Assembly: GCA_031290855.1 (NCBI GenBank)
Contig: JAISLM010000021.1
Coordinates: forward strand, 1 to 51,394
Direction of reading: 5' to 3'
DNA length: 51,394 nt
From: Spirochaetaceae bacterium
Lineage (GTDB): Bacteria; Spirochaetota; Spirochaetia; Treponematales; Breznakiellaceae
The notes under the pieces are model-generated. The model was not told where the DNA came from and did no database searches. It was given only the letters and a program-made list of their open reading frames with translations. Each line of letters starts with the position of its first letter. Position 1 is the first letter of the stretch. Below, piece by piece: positions 16,703 to 25,160 of this stretch. The translations under genes were made by a program, and so were the position numbers.

Positions 16703-18937
16703 ATGAATATCAAAATAATTAAGACTCTTGCCGTCTTCGCGCTTGTTTTATTGCCTGCCTTGGAGAGTTTTGCGGGAGGCTCCAACGAACCCAAACTGGT
16801 AGTAACAGGGCCGTCAGACACATCCCGCCATGTATCCATTGATTGGAGCGGCTTATCGAAACCGGAAAAATACCGCTGGGGTCTTTACCGGTTTGATATG
16901 GAGGATAAGACATACACCCTTGTAAACGAGATTGAAGCGTTACAGACCAGTTATCTGGACGAAGAATTGGAACCGCCCGCCACAAAGTATTTTTACAAGA
17001 TAGAGCGCTCTTCCAGTAATCGGGATTTGGTCATGACAAAACCAATACGCATAAACAAACAGGAAGCGGCCAGGCAGATGGCCGCTTCAAGTGCCGTCGG
17101 TGACGGCGCCGGCAGCAGCGATTCGTTTCAGAGTAACGCCGGTACAGCTTACACGGGATACGGCGCTGCGGCAAAAAAAGAAGCTAAACCCAAGAATTCC
17201 ACCTTTAATGAAGGGATTTATATAGGCATCATCAGTTTTTCGGGCAAAGTGAACGACATCACCCAGAATCCTGACGGGTCTCCCGCGTTGATTCCGCTGG
17301 ACGCGCCGGGAAGGCAGGTTCTGCTTGAGTACCTTGCCCGCAGTTATGTGCCGTCAAAGACTACCGGCACCGCGCTATACTATGCCGACCATAAGGCGCT
17401 TGCCAACTTGAGCGCTATGGAACAGGACGGTACACTGCCGGGAAATCTTGATTCGGTTACTGTCATAACATTTACCGACGGCACGGATACAAGTTCTACG
17501 GATGTGGACTTTGCGCCGCTGGAAGATCGTGATTTCAGACGCAGAAGTTCCGCCTCCGCTTACAGAACTTATATCAGCCAGCAGTTGTCAACAAGAAAAA
17601 TAGCGGGAGTCAGAGTCAACGCCTGGTCAATAGGGATTCCAGGCAGGGACATTCAGAATGCCGCCGAATTTACGCAGACCTTGCAGTCCCTTGCCTCCGT
17701 GCCCGGCAATGTTTCGGAATTCAGCGAGGTCTCGCAGATGGACGAGAGGCTTACCGCGATAGCGGATGACTTAAACATCTATACGCCCCGGATGAACTTG
17801 ACGCTGTCTACTCCGGCTTATCCTGTAAACACATTGCTTCGGATAACTTTTGACGGCGATATTGGTACGCCGGACGCTTCTGAGTATTATGTTGAAGCAC
17901 GGGTAAGCTGGGACGAAGCCGGCAAAGGCTACGCGCTTGGCAACATAAGCGCGCACGGTATAAAGTATGTGGAGGGCCGCCGCCTGCCTGGAAAACGGAA
18001 CGAAACAGGCATAGACTACAATATTCTGCTTAATAACGACTTCCAGGTACCCAATGTTAGGCAATGGTATATGCAGCCCGGCGAGGATTCCTTTGGCTGG
18101 CTGCCGAACAGTGAATTCTTTGCCCGCAAAACGGCGGATTTTACGCATGAACGTAAATCCGCGATAGTCTACCTGGTGCTTGACTGTAGCTCGTCTCTTA
18201 CCGAGAAGGTCATTGGCGATATACGCGCCGCGATAGGGACGTTTATCAACAAACTGTACAGTATATCTTCGCGCGAGGTTATACTGGCCTCCGTCAACGG
18301 GGACTACCCGGAGCGTCCGCAGCCTCAAACCGCGGCCACTGTGAAGAATGAGATGTCCCGGTATGTGCCGAAAAACACCCAGGCTCAAAACGATCAGACT
18401 TATCCCGCGCGGGCTCAAACCGCGTCTCCACGGTCACAGCCGCCACAGAGTTACCAGCAGAAGCCCGCCGGCACGTCGCAGCCCGTTTCACAGCCGCCGG
18501 TACAAACATGGCAGCGGAGCGGCAGTGAATTCCAGTTTCCGCCAAAGGAACTTTACCAGATGCCGGCGGTGCAGCCAGTGCCGAGGCAGACAAACCGGCA
18601 GACGGCACAGTTTCCGGCGGCCTCCGGCGCGCCCGGCAAGAATACTTCTATAGAGGTTTTATCGCCTGGAAGCGTCCCCGGATCGTACAGGCTTCAGGAC
18701 GCTTACTGGGTTCAGATCGGCTCGTACACCGAAGCTGCGCACGCGCAGCGCACATGGCGGAATTTTTCGAACACGGGCATAGGAAGCGCCGAAATATTCA
18801 CGTCCTCCGTAAACGGTGTGACATACTACCGAGTAAAGGCGGGCCCTTACGTCAACAAAATTGAGGCTGAATACGCGCTTGAACAGTTGAGAAGGCATTC
18901 GGCGGACTATAAAGACAGCTTCATCACGAATGAATAG
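16703..18937 (+). CDS. Secreted multidomain protein: FN3-like, vWA-like, P/Q-rich linker, C-terminal SPOR
   Basis: Signal peptide. MIDAS-like VYLVLDCSSSLT. Pro/Gln-rich linker. SPOR-type end YWVQIGSYTEAAHAQ...VTYYRVKAGPY. Confidence 0.65.
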   Translation: MNIKIIKTLAVFALVLLPALESFAGGSNEPKLVVTGPSDTSRHVSIDWSGLSKPEKYRWGLYRFDMEDKTYTLVNEIEALQTSYLDEELEPPATKYFYKIERSSSNRDLVMTKPIRINKQEAARQMAASSAVGDGAGSSDSFQSNAGTAYTGYGAAAKKEAKPKNSTFNEGIYIGIISFSGKVNDITQNPDGSPALIPLDAPGRQVLLEYLARSYVPSKTTGTALYYADHKALANLSAMEQDGTLPGNLDSVTVITFTDGTDTSSTDVDFAPLEDRDFRRRSSASAYRTYISQQLSTRKIAGVRVNAWSIGIPGRDIQNAAEFTQTLQSLASVPGNVSEFSEVSQMDERLTAIADDLNIYTPRMNLTLSTPAYPVNTLLRITFDGDIGTPDASEYYVEARVSWDEAGKGYALGNISAHGIKYVEGRRLPGKRNETGIDYNILLNNDFQVPNVRQWYMQPGEDSFGWLPNSEFFARKTADFTHERKSAIVYLVLDCSSSLTEKVIGDIRAAIGTFINKLYSISSREVILASVNGDYPERPQPQTAATVKNEMSRYVPKNTQAQNDQTYPARAQTASPRSQPPQSYQQKPAGTSQPVSQPPVQTWQRSGSEFQFPPKELYQMPAVQPVPRQTNRQTAQFPAASGAPGKNTSIEVLSPGSVPGSYRLQDAYWVQIGSYTEAAHAQRTWRNFSNTGIGSAEIFTSSVNGVTYYRVKAGPYVNKIEAEYALEQLRRHSADYKDSFITNE

Positions 18938-19544
18938 GGACAGGCTGCTGTTGGGACTCACGGGGCTCTACTGCGCGGGGAAAAATTTTGTCGGCGGAAT
19001 TCTTGAAAAAAAGGGGTTTGCCGTTCTTGATGTTGACAAACTTGGACACACCGCGCTTGTAAACCAAAAAAATGCCATAGTGGAACGTTTCACAAGCGCC
19101 GTTTTGGGGCCGGACGGGGCTGTGGACAGACGCGCCCTGGGAAAATCCGTTTTCGGGAAGCCGGAGGAGCTTGCCCTGCTGGAAAGCATCGTTCATCCCG
19201 AAGTAAACGACCTGACGCTGAAATGGCTTGCTGCCAATTCCGCCCTTCCCCGCGTTATCAACGCGGCGTTGTTGCATAGATCGGTCGTGTTCGACAGGCT
19301 TGACGCGCTTGTCATTGTGAAGGCGCCCCGCCCGCTAAGGATGTTCAGAGCCAGGAAACGGGACGGGCTTTCTTGGAAAGAGTTACGGAGGCGCTTTGAA
19401 AGTCAGCATTTTGATATTTATTATTCCGCAAAAAAGGCCGATACATATTATATATACAATTGGGGGTTTGGTATTTTTTCGCGATTAAACCGCCACGGTT
19501 TGGAAAAACAGGTGGACATGATTTTGAATATTCTGCGCGGTTGA
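18930..19544 (+). CDS. coaE: Dephospho-CoA kinase
   Basis: CoaE-like N-terminus LLGLTGLYCAGKN...LDVDKLGH and length. The P-loop ends GKN rather than GK[ST]. It overlaps the upstream gene by 8 nt. Confidence 0.7.
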   Translation: MNRDRLLLGLTGLYCAGKNFVGGILEKKGFAVLDVDKLGHTALVNQKNAIVERFTSAVLGPDGAVDRRALGKSVFGKPEELALLESIVHPEVNDLTLKWLAANSALPRVINAALLHRSVVFDRLDALVIVKAPRPLRMFRARKRDGLSWKELRRRFESQHFDIYYSAKKADTYYIYNWGFGIFSRLNRHGLEKQVDMILNILRG

Positions 19545-19558
19545 TCAGAGGGGACTTT

Positions 19559-20308
19559 ATGGAAAAGAAAAAGCTATTGCTTGTATCAGTGTCTGTAGGT
19601 TTGTTCCTGGTGATAGTGATCGGCGCGTCTATACTTGTGTTTTCGCCTCGTGATTATTCTTCTCTGACAAAGTCCGAGCAGGTGCCCGTGTCTCCCGGCT
19701 CACCGCGCGCGACCGTAGAGGAGACTCCGGGCGTTCTCGTTACGGAAACACCGCGGGTCTTGCCGGAACCGGCAGCGCCGCCTGTCACCGTGGCCGCCGA
19801 AACACAGCCGAAACTTGAAAATGTTATCTACATAAACGGAGATAACGCAGAGAATGCCGTGCGTGTTGAGCGGCTCAATGACGGTAATACCAGAACAATT
19901 ATCACGATCCCAAGTCCGCACGAAAATATTATCACGCTGGCGGCCCCTCCGGCGGCGGCAGCCGCATCGAGCCCTGTCTCTCCGCCGCCTGCCGAGCCTG
20001 TTGCCCACGCCGTGCCGGCCGCGCCACCGTCCGGCGGCGCAAAGGCGGCAAAGCCCGCTCCAAAACCAGCCTGGTGGGTTCAGACCAACTCCTATTCAAA
20101 GAAAGCCTACGCCGATAAGGCGAAAGAATTTTTGGCAAGTAAAGGCATAACGTCCGTCGTTACCAACGGTAATGTCGGTGGAAAAACATATTACCGAGTG
20201 CGCGTTGGCCCGTACACGTCCCAGTCCGAGGCGGATTACTGGCTTTCCCTGATCAAAACGATAGAAGGCATGGAAAACAGCCTTGTCTGGAAAAGCTCAA
20301 GCCTCTAG
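19559..20308 (+). CDS. SPOR domain-containing membrane protein
   Basis: N-terminal TM segment (LLLVSVSVGLFLVIVIGASILVF), Pro/Ala-rich linker, SPOR end WWVQTNSYSKKAYAD...KTYYRVRVGPY. The start was set at the ATG at 19559. Confidence 0.7.
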   Translation: MEKKKLLLVSVSVGLFLVIVIGASILVFSPRDYSSLTKSEQVPVSPGSPRATVEETPGVLVTETPRVLPEPAAPPVTVAAETQPKLENVIYINGDNAENAVRVERLNDGNTRTIITIPSPHENIITLAAPPAAAAASSPVSPPPAEPVAHAVPAAPPSGGAKAAKPAPKPAWWVQTNSYSKKAYADKAKEFLASKGITSVVTNGNVGGKTYYRVRVGPYTSQSEADYWLSLIKTIEGMENSLVWKSSSL

Positions 20309-20907
20309 CCCGCTGGTCCCGTCCGCCGCTTTACATACGCGCCTTGATCCGCAAGAGTCCTTGAAATAAACGAATGAGCCTCCGCACGGTATCTTAAGCG
20401 TTGTGTTGGTTGGAGCGGAGGCTCGATCGGATGCGGAAGTTTATAATATCGTCTGGTTTAATACAAAATCTTTGTAGTCGTTGCCTTACTTGAGCCGCGG
20501 CAAGCGCGAACCTAAGGTTCGGCGGGGTATTAAACCAGACTTTGCGAATAAAATATAATGGAGTACGGGCAAACTGCACATAACTCGGCAGCTTTGCTGC
20601 CGCAGACTGTTTACGCTTTTTTGTCCTGCCGGACAAACCGGGCGGTAGACGGCTCGGCCTCCGCAACGGCCCCGGTCTCGCTACGCGCCCCAGCGCAGCA
20701 GGGGAACATTCCCGCGCCTCCCTCCTTTTATGGCAAAGCAGGCGGGTCAAACATCGGGTAAAACCGCTTGACGCGGTTTTGTGGCACAGTTTGTCGGCCC
20801 TGGAAATGCTACGCATTTTTCTATTCGGGCCGCCAAACCGTCATCGAACCGCAGGTTCGCAACAGCCGGAACGTTACGCGAAATTCCTGCTAAAATGATT
20901 AACAAGT

Positions 20908-21081
20908 GAGCCTGTCCCAAAACTAATTGACTGTGCGCTAACGCTCACGGTTTTTGCTCAGGCTTTTGCAGTTTTTGAGGCCTTCGGCCTTCAGATTTTC
21001 ATACTTGCAAAACTGCGAACTTCAAGGTTGCCGGGCAAACAAAGCTTGTCTCCCCAAAACTGAATTTTTGGGAAAGCCTCA
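20908..21081 (+). repeat. Family-D dispersed repeat, copy D2
   Basis: Aligns with 8179-8336. The internal hairpin loop differs (TAAA in D1, CTTCG plus an extra ~15 nt in D2). Confidence 0.85.
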
Positions 21082-21232
21082 AAGTTTTGGGAAAAGGATG
21101 CTATGCAAATTACGAAATCGATATAATTCTGGATTCACTTGAAGGATTACCGGAGTATTGAGAAAGTGAAGGCATGGTTGAAAAAGTGTTTTGCGTTTTA
21201 TACCGGGGTGCGGTGTCATGCGCCGATTGAAT

Positions 21233-21247
21233 ACCCCCCCCCCCCCC
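21233..21247. repeat. Homopolymer C15 (G15 on the minus strand)
   Basis: Counted directly: 8 C at 21233-21240 plus 7 C at 21241-21247. Confidence 0.95.
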
Positions 21248-21353
21248 GATGAAGTGTACTCTTCAGCCTTCTCAGTACGGGCAGGCATGGGCCCGGCCTC
21301 TGCCTGCATAGCCAATTATGATTGCCGGAATCCACCTTAACTATGCTCGTCTT

Positions 21354-21381
21354 TTGTATTTACAAAAGGGCCCGGTATAAT
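21354..21381 (+). promoter_or_regulatory. Candidate sigma-70 promoter upstream of infA (TTGTAT-16 nt-TATAAT)
   Basis: Hexamers read at 21354-21359 and 21376-21381, ~115 nt upstream of the infA ATG. Confidence 0.4.
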
Positions 21382-21496
21382 CACCCCCCGCTGTTCATAA
21401 CCCATTCCTAATTCTTTTTCATTATTCAGTGCTCATTATAAGTGGAGGCAGCGCGGGCCGATTGACAGCGCTTTTTAAAAAGTATTAGATTGAAGC

Positions 21497-21721
21497 ATGG
21501 CAAAAGAAGAAGCTATAGAAGTTGAAGGCACCGTAAAAGAAGCCTTACCAAACACGATGTTCCGGGTGGAACTCGACAACCAGAACGGCCACCTGATACT
21601 TGCCCACCTTTCGGGCAAGATGCGTAAGCATTACATCAGGATTGTGCCCGGCGATCATGTAAAAATCGCGCTTTCCCCCTACGATTTAAGCCGCGGACGC
21701 ATCATTTACCGCGAGCGGTGA
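21497..21721 (+). CDS. infA: Translation initiation factor IF-1
   Basis: [28 protein letters not shown]...GRIIYRER is canonical IF-1. Confidence 0.95.
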   Translation: MAKEEAIEVEGTVKEALPNTMFRVELDNQNGHLILAHLSGKMRKHYIRIVPGDHVKIALSPYDLSRGRIIYRER

Positions 21722-22653
21722 CGCAGGTGTCCGTTCCAAGAGAGGGAACGGTCAATTCAGCCAAACCCTCCCCGCCGTACCATCGTTTTAACGACTTCGT
21801 TGATACCAAAAACGATAGGTTTGAGGTGCTTATATCCCTGCTTGACGAACTGAAACTGCATGTTTCCGTTGTTAACATTTCGGGGAAACGGCATATCTTT
21901 GTCGCGCCCTCGTCGTACACGTTCCAGCCGGCGGAAAAGAAACTGCTGACCGTGCTGGCCGCGCATTACGACAGGATACCGGAAAGTCCGGGTGCGAACG
22001 ATAACGGGGCGGCGGTCTTTATGCTGATAGACGCGGCGATCCGACTGCGCGGTCGCGCCGCCGGAGAATGGCTCATCATCTTTACCGACAAGGAAGAACT
22101 GATGCGCGGCGAAGGGATCCGGTCCCAGGGTTCGTACCTGCTTGCGCAGGGTTTGAGCAAGGCGGGTCTTGAAGCCGGCAGATTTTTTATTTTTGACGCC
22201 TGCGGGCGGGGCGATACACTGATAATTTCCAAAACGGCAGGCCATCTGTTAAAGAATTACCATAGCGGGGAGGTCGCGCCGCTCAAAAACCGCCTCCGCC
22301 TGTTGCAGCTTAGGGCAATGGACGCGGCAAAAAACAGCCTTGACGGGCGCTTTCTGTTGCTGCCGACGCCTTTTTCTGACGACGCCGGTTTTTTGCTGGC
22401 CGGCATGGCGGCGCAGACGATAACGGTGCTGCCCGCAAAAGAAGCGGCGGACTTTTCCGCCGTCGTCCGCAGAAACGATTTGTACGTCAATGCCCTTATC
22501 TGCGGCGAGCAGCAGCGGCGGCGCGGCATGGACCATATCCCGCAGACGTGGCGGCTGTTGAACGGCCCTGAAGATACGGCCGCAATGCTTGACGGCAATA
22601 ATTTTGAGAACGTAGTACAGTTTGCCCTTGAACTGTGCCGCATGGATACTTAA
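21718..22653 (+). CDS. M28-family (Zn exopeptidase-like) protein
   Basis: [26 protein letters not shown] and FTDKEEL resemble M28 metal-ligand blocks. The usual SDH motif reads SDD. The GTG start overlaps the infA stop (GTGA). Confidence 0.6.
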   Translation: MTQVSVPREGTVNSAKPSPPYHRFNDFVDTKNDRFEVLISLLDELKLHVSVVNISGKRHIFVAPSSYTFQPAEKKLLTVLAAHYDRIPESPGANDNGAAVFMLIDAAIRLRGRAAGEWLIIFTDKEELMRGEGIRSQGSYLLAQGLSKAGLEAGRFFIFDACGRGDTLIISKTAGHLLKNYHSGEVAPLKNRLRLLQLRAMDAAKNSLDGRFLLLPTPFSDDAGFLLAGMAAQTITVLPAKEAADFSAVVRRNDLYVNALICGEQQRRRGMDHIPQTWRLLNGPEDTAAMLDGNNFENVVQFALELCRMDT

Positions 22654-22800
22654 GAAGCCGACTATAAGCCGGCCCGCCTCCCGCCCCCCTTTGCGAATGA
22701 AGTTGTTTAAGGCGTATTTAGACCGTACCGTAAAAGATGCCTGATACCAATAGATGGAAGGGAACCGGCTTACGCTCATAAAAAGTTAACTGTTCACTTA

Positions 22801-22966
22801 AAATGAACCTCCCCGCCACAAAACAGCGTCAAGCTTCCGCGTGTGTATTGTGCCACCGGCACAATACACAACGGCAAACCGCGATGCGGTTTGTGCCTGA
22901 CGTTTTATTTCCTGCCTAACCTTATAAGGAGGGACAAGGCGGGGGAGCAGACCCCACTGCGAATAA
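22801..22966 (+). repeat. Family-A repeat, long structured form (A4, 166 nt)
   Basis: Aligns end to end with 25692-25859. The closing stem is CCCCGCC/GGCGGGG. Internal hairpins are GTGTATTGTGCC-ACCG-GGCACAATACAC and GGCAAACCGC-GAT-GCGGTTTG(T)GCC. The 3' block is GGGGGAGCAGACCCCACTGCGAATAA. Confidence 0.9.
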
Positions 22967-23151
22967 ACGCGTCATATTGATACATATATCACTTTGAAAC
23001 AGTACGTTGTGTCAATCTTACACTATTGCTGATTAAACAGAAAATATAACGGATGGTTCCGCCGAGAATAAAACAGGGGTCAAGTCATGTAAATCTATGT
23101 GCAATAACAATTTAACATGAAATATATCCAACTGCCCGATATTTGTATGGT

Positions 23152-23167
23152 TGGCACGCTTGTTGCT
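23152..23167 (+). promoter_or_regulatory. Sigma-54 (RpoN) -24/-12 promoter element
   Basis: TGGCACGCTTGTTGCT matches TGGCACG-N4-TTGCW at every specified position. It lies ~29 nt upstream of the sigma-factor ATG. It overlaps a sigma-70-like TTGTAT(23143)-18 nt-TATAAT(23167). Confidence 0.7.
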
Positions 23168-23194
23168 ATAATATTAGCATTATAGGAGGTTTCC

Positions 23195-24070
23195 ATGAAT
23201 AGGAAACGAAATACAGTGAATAATAAACGTTCCGCGACGCCGGATGAAAATGTGTTGACTCTTTATTTAAAAGATATTAGCCGGATCCCCTTGCTAACCA
23301 GGGAAGAAGAAGATACCGTAGCACGTAAAGCTGCCGCGGGTGATCAAGCCGCGTTGAATACACTGGTCAGAGCGAATCTACGCTTTGTCGTCAATGTCGC
23401 AAAGCGGTACCAGGGGCAGGGTCTGCCTCTCACCGACCTGATAAGCGAAGGCAACATAGGCTTGATTAGCGCCGTAAGTCGTTTTGATGTTGATAAAGGT
23501 TATCATTTCATTTCATATGCGGTTTGGTGGATACGTCAGGCTATTCTGAAGGCCATATCCGAAAAATCGCGGATGATACGCTTGCCGATGAATCGTGCCG
23601 ATGAATTACTGCGCATACAGCGTACCAAAAACGAACTACAGAATGTTGAATCCTGCGAATCTGAAATAAACGAGATCGCCCGTACCCTTGATATGAGCGC
23701 CTCCCACGTCAACAGACTGCTGAACGTAAGCCGTGAAATGGTATCTCTCGATACACCGGTTTATTCCGAAAAAGATTCCTGTATCATAGCGGATCATATC
23801 GAGGATGACACCTACCAGTCGCCATACGAATTTGCCGAGCAAAGCCTTATGCGTGATGATATTGAAGCGGTTTTGGGAACACTGGACAAGAAAGAAGCCG
23901 CCGTAATCCGATGCCGCTTTGGAATCGGCGATTCGATTCAGATGTCCCTGCGGGAAATCGGCGACCGCTTCAATCTGACAAAGGAACGGATCAGGCAGAT
24001 CGAAAAAAAGGCGATCAAACGCCTGCAACATCCGGCTCGCCAGCAGATACTACAGGTTTATGTAGCGTAG
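23195..24070 (+). CDS. Sigma-70 family sigma factor, group-2 / RpoS-like
   Basis: AGGAGG RBS. Region 1.2 YLKDISRIPLLTREEE. Region 2 NLRFVVNVAKRYQGQGLPLTDLISEGNIGLISAVSRFD...YAVWWIRQAI. Region 4 LTKERIRQIEKKAIKRL. Confidence 0.9.
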   Translation: MNRKRNTVNNKRSATPDENVLTLYLKDISRIPLLTREEEDTVARKAAAGDQAALNTLVRANLRFVVNVAKRYQGQGLPLTDLISEGNIGLISAVSRFDVDKGYHFISYAVWWIRQAILKAISEKSRMIRLPMNRADELLRIQRTKNELQNVESCESEINEIARTLDMSASHVNRLLNVSREMVSLDTPVYSEKDSCIIADHIEDDTYQSPYEFAEQSLMRDDIEAVLGTLDKKEAAVIRCRFGIGDSIQMSLREIGDRFNLTKERIRQIEKKAIKRLQHPARQQILQVYVA

Positions 24071-24330
24071 CCAGGATAGACGCAGCTCGTCCAAATTGCA
24101 GCCGCAGCCGGTAGAAAATCCCCGCCGCGGCCATTTTTTTTCAAACAGGTGATACGGCAGTCCGTCCAAAACGAAATGCGCGAATGGCCGGGTATAACAA
24201 ATGTTAGACAGATGAAATTGCGATCCGTGGCGTAAACGGACGCGGATTTTTACGGGTTATTCGCCGGACTTTGCGTATCTCTGTCCGGGCCTTGCTTCAT
24301 AAAACATCCGCAAGGATTGTTTTTTAAGTT

Positions 24331-24403
24331 TGCCGCCAAAGAGAATCGAACTCTTGCCACAAGGATTTTCAGTCCTTTGCTCTACCAACTGAGCTACAGC
24401 GGC
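24331..24403 (-). tRNA. tRNA-Phe (anticodon GAA)
   Basis: Manual cloverleaf: GCCGCTG-TA-GCTCAGTTGGTAGAGC-A-AAGGA-CTGAAAA-TCCTT-GTGGC-AAGAG-TTCGATT-CTCTT-TGGCGGC-A. Confidence 0.9.
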
Positions 24404-24427
24404 CTGTCAAAACTTTATGATGTACCC

Positions 24428-24457
24428 ATCATAACAAACATTCAAAAAAGATGTCAA
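24428..24457 (-). promoter_or_regulatory. Candidate sigma-70 promoter for tRNA-Phe (TTGACA-18 nt-TATGAT)
   Basis: Minus-strand hexamers are at 24457-24452 and 24433-24428. The -10 element ends ~25 nt upstream of the mature tRNA 5' end. Confidence 0.5.
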
Positions 24458-24611
24458 CGGGCGGCTGCCCCGCCGTAAATTTGGGCCTTCCCGGGCCTGA
24501 ACCAGGGAGCTACGGGTTATAAGGCCATGCATCCTTTAGTATACATTATCCTGTTTGATATAAAATAAACTATAATAATGGAGGAATGTCAATAGAACGC
24601 ATTGGCTAATA

Positions 24612-24655
24612 ATTATTCCAGCCGAAATCAGGCTGCGGGGGTCTGATCCCCTCCT
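24612..24655 (-). repeat. Family-A-like 3' block in reverse orientation (A6, partial)
   Basis: The reverse complement GGAGGGGATCAGACCCCCGCAGCC...GGAATAA resembles GGGGGAGCAGACCCCACTGCGAATAA. It supplies the last codons and the stop of the transposase relic. Confidence 0.4.
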
Positions 24656-25160
24656 CACTGACAGGGAGGATTTCCAGTGCAGCCCTTTTCACGAATGAGC
24701 TTCAACAGGTTCTCTATCGCCCCGTTCAGCTTCCGGTTCAATTCAACCGGGTTATACAAGGCCCGCCTCCGCCTCAGTTCCGCCTTGCACTCCTCTGAAG
24801 TATCAGGCGACTTCGCCAGCCGGCGGAAGGGCGTCCGCGCTCCCTTCCCGTAAACTTTTTTGTACCACCCGCCCGCCTGTTTTTCTTTCGACACCGGCTT
24901 GAAGGACTGATACCGGTAATTGTACAGCGGACACAGGTAGCGGTACAGCTCCGCCAGACGGCGTACTCGGCGGACGTGTCGAACCGGAAGCAGCCGTCCG
25001 TTTTCCGCACGACATCGAAGTTCTTTTGCCCGGCGTAACAGTTATCATTTTTGTGACAGGGCCCGGTTCGCGTCGGCCCGGTATGCCGTCCAGGACACCA
25101 CCTGGGCAGGGGCTCGTTGATGAATTCCATGCCCTTACCGTAATGAGCGCCCTTAAGGGG
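24655..25160 (-). pseudogene. Relic of an rve/ISNCY-like DDE transposase (C-terminal part, frameshifted)
   Basis: Two frames give GMEFINEPL...HKNDNCYAGQKNFDVVRKTDGCFRFDT and then ...WYKKVYGKGARTPFRRLAKSPDTSEECKAELRRRRALYNPVELNRKL. I recognise these blocks from integrase-core transposases (family assignment from memory). The upstream 25161-25690 is too degenerate to read. Confidence 0.55.

Noticed and set aside
20394-20816. 140-aa minus-strand ORF
   Set aside because: It is Arg/Cys/Leu-rich, has no RBS and spans hairpin repeats, so it is not protein-like.
20309-20907. tmRNA, RNase P RNA or SRP RNA in this intergenic region
   Set aside because: I could not find the conserved tmRNA 5' (GGATTCGAC) or tRNA-like 3' end, the RNase P GAGGAAAGTCC block, or the SRP GGAAGCAGCC motif on either strand.
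22803-22922. 39-codon ORF (MNLPATKQRQ...) present in both long family-A copies
   Set aside because: It has no RBS. Differences between the copies are mostly non-synonymous (about 6 against 2). The short A copies do not preserve the frame.
22914-22966. Family A as integron attC sites (GCCTAAC fits RYYYAAC)
   Set aside because: No matching GTTRRRY partner is at the expected distance. The copies are scattered rather than arrayed with cassettes. There is no intI.
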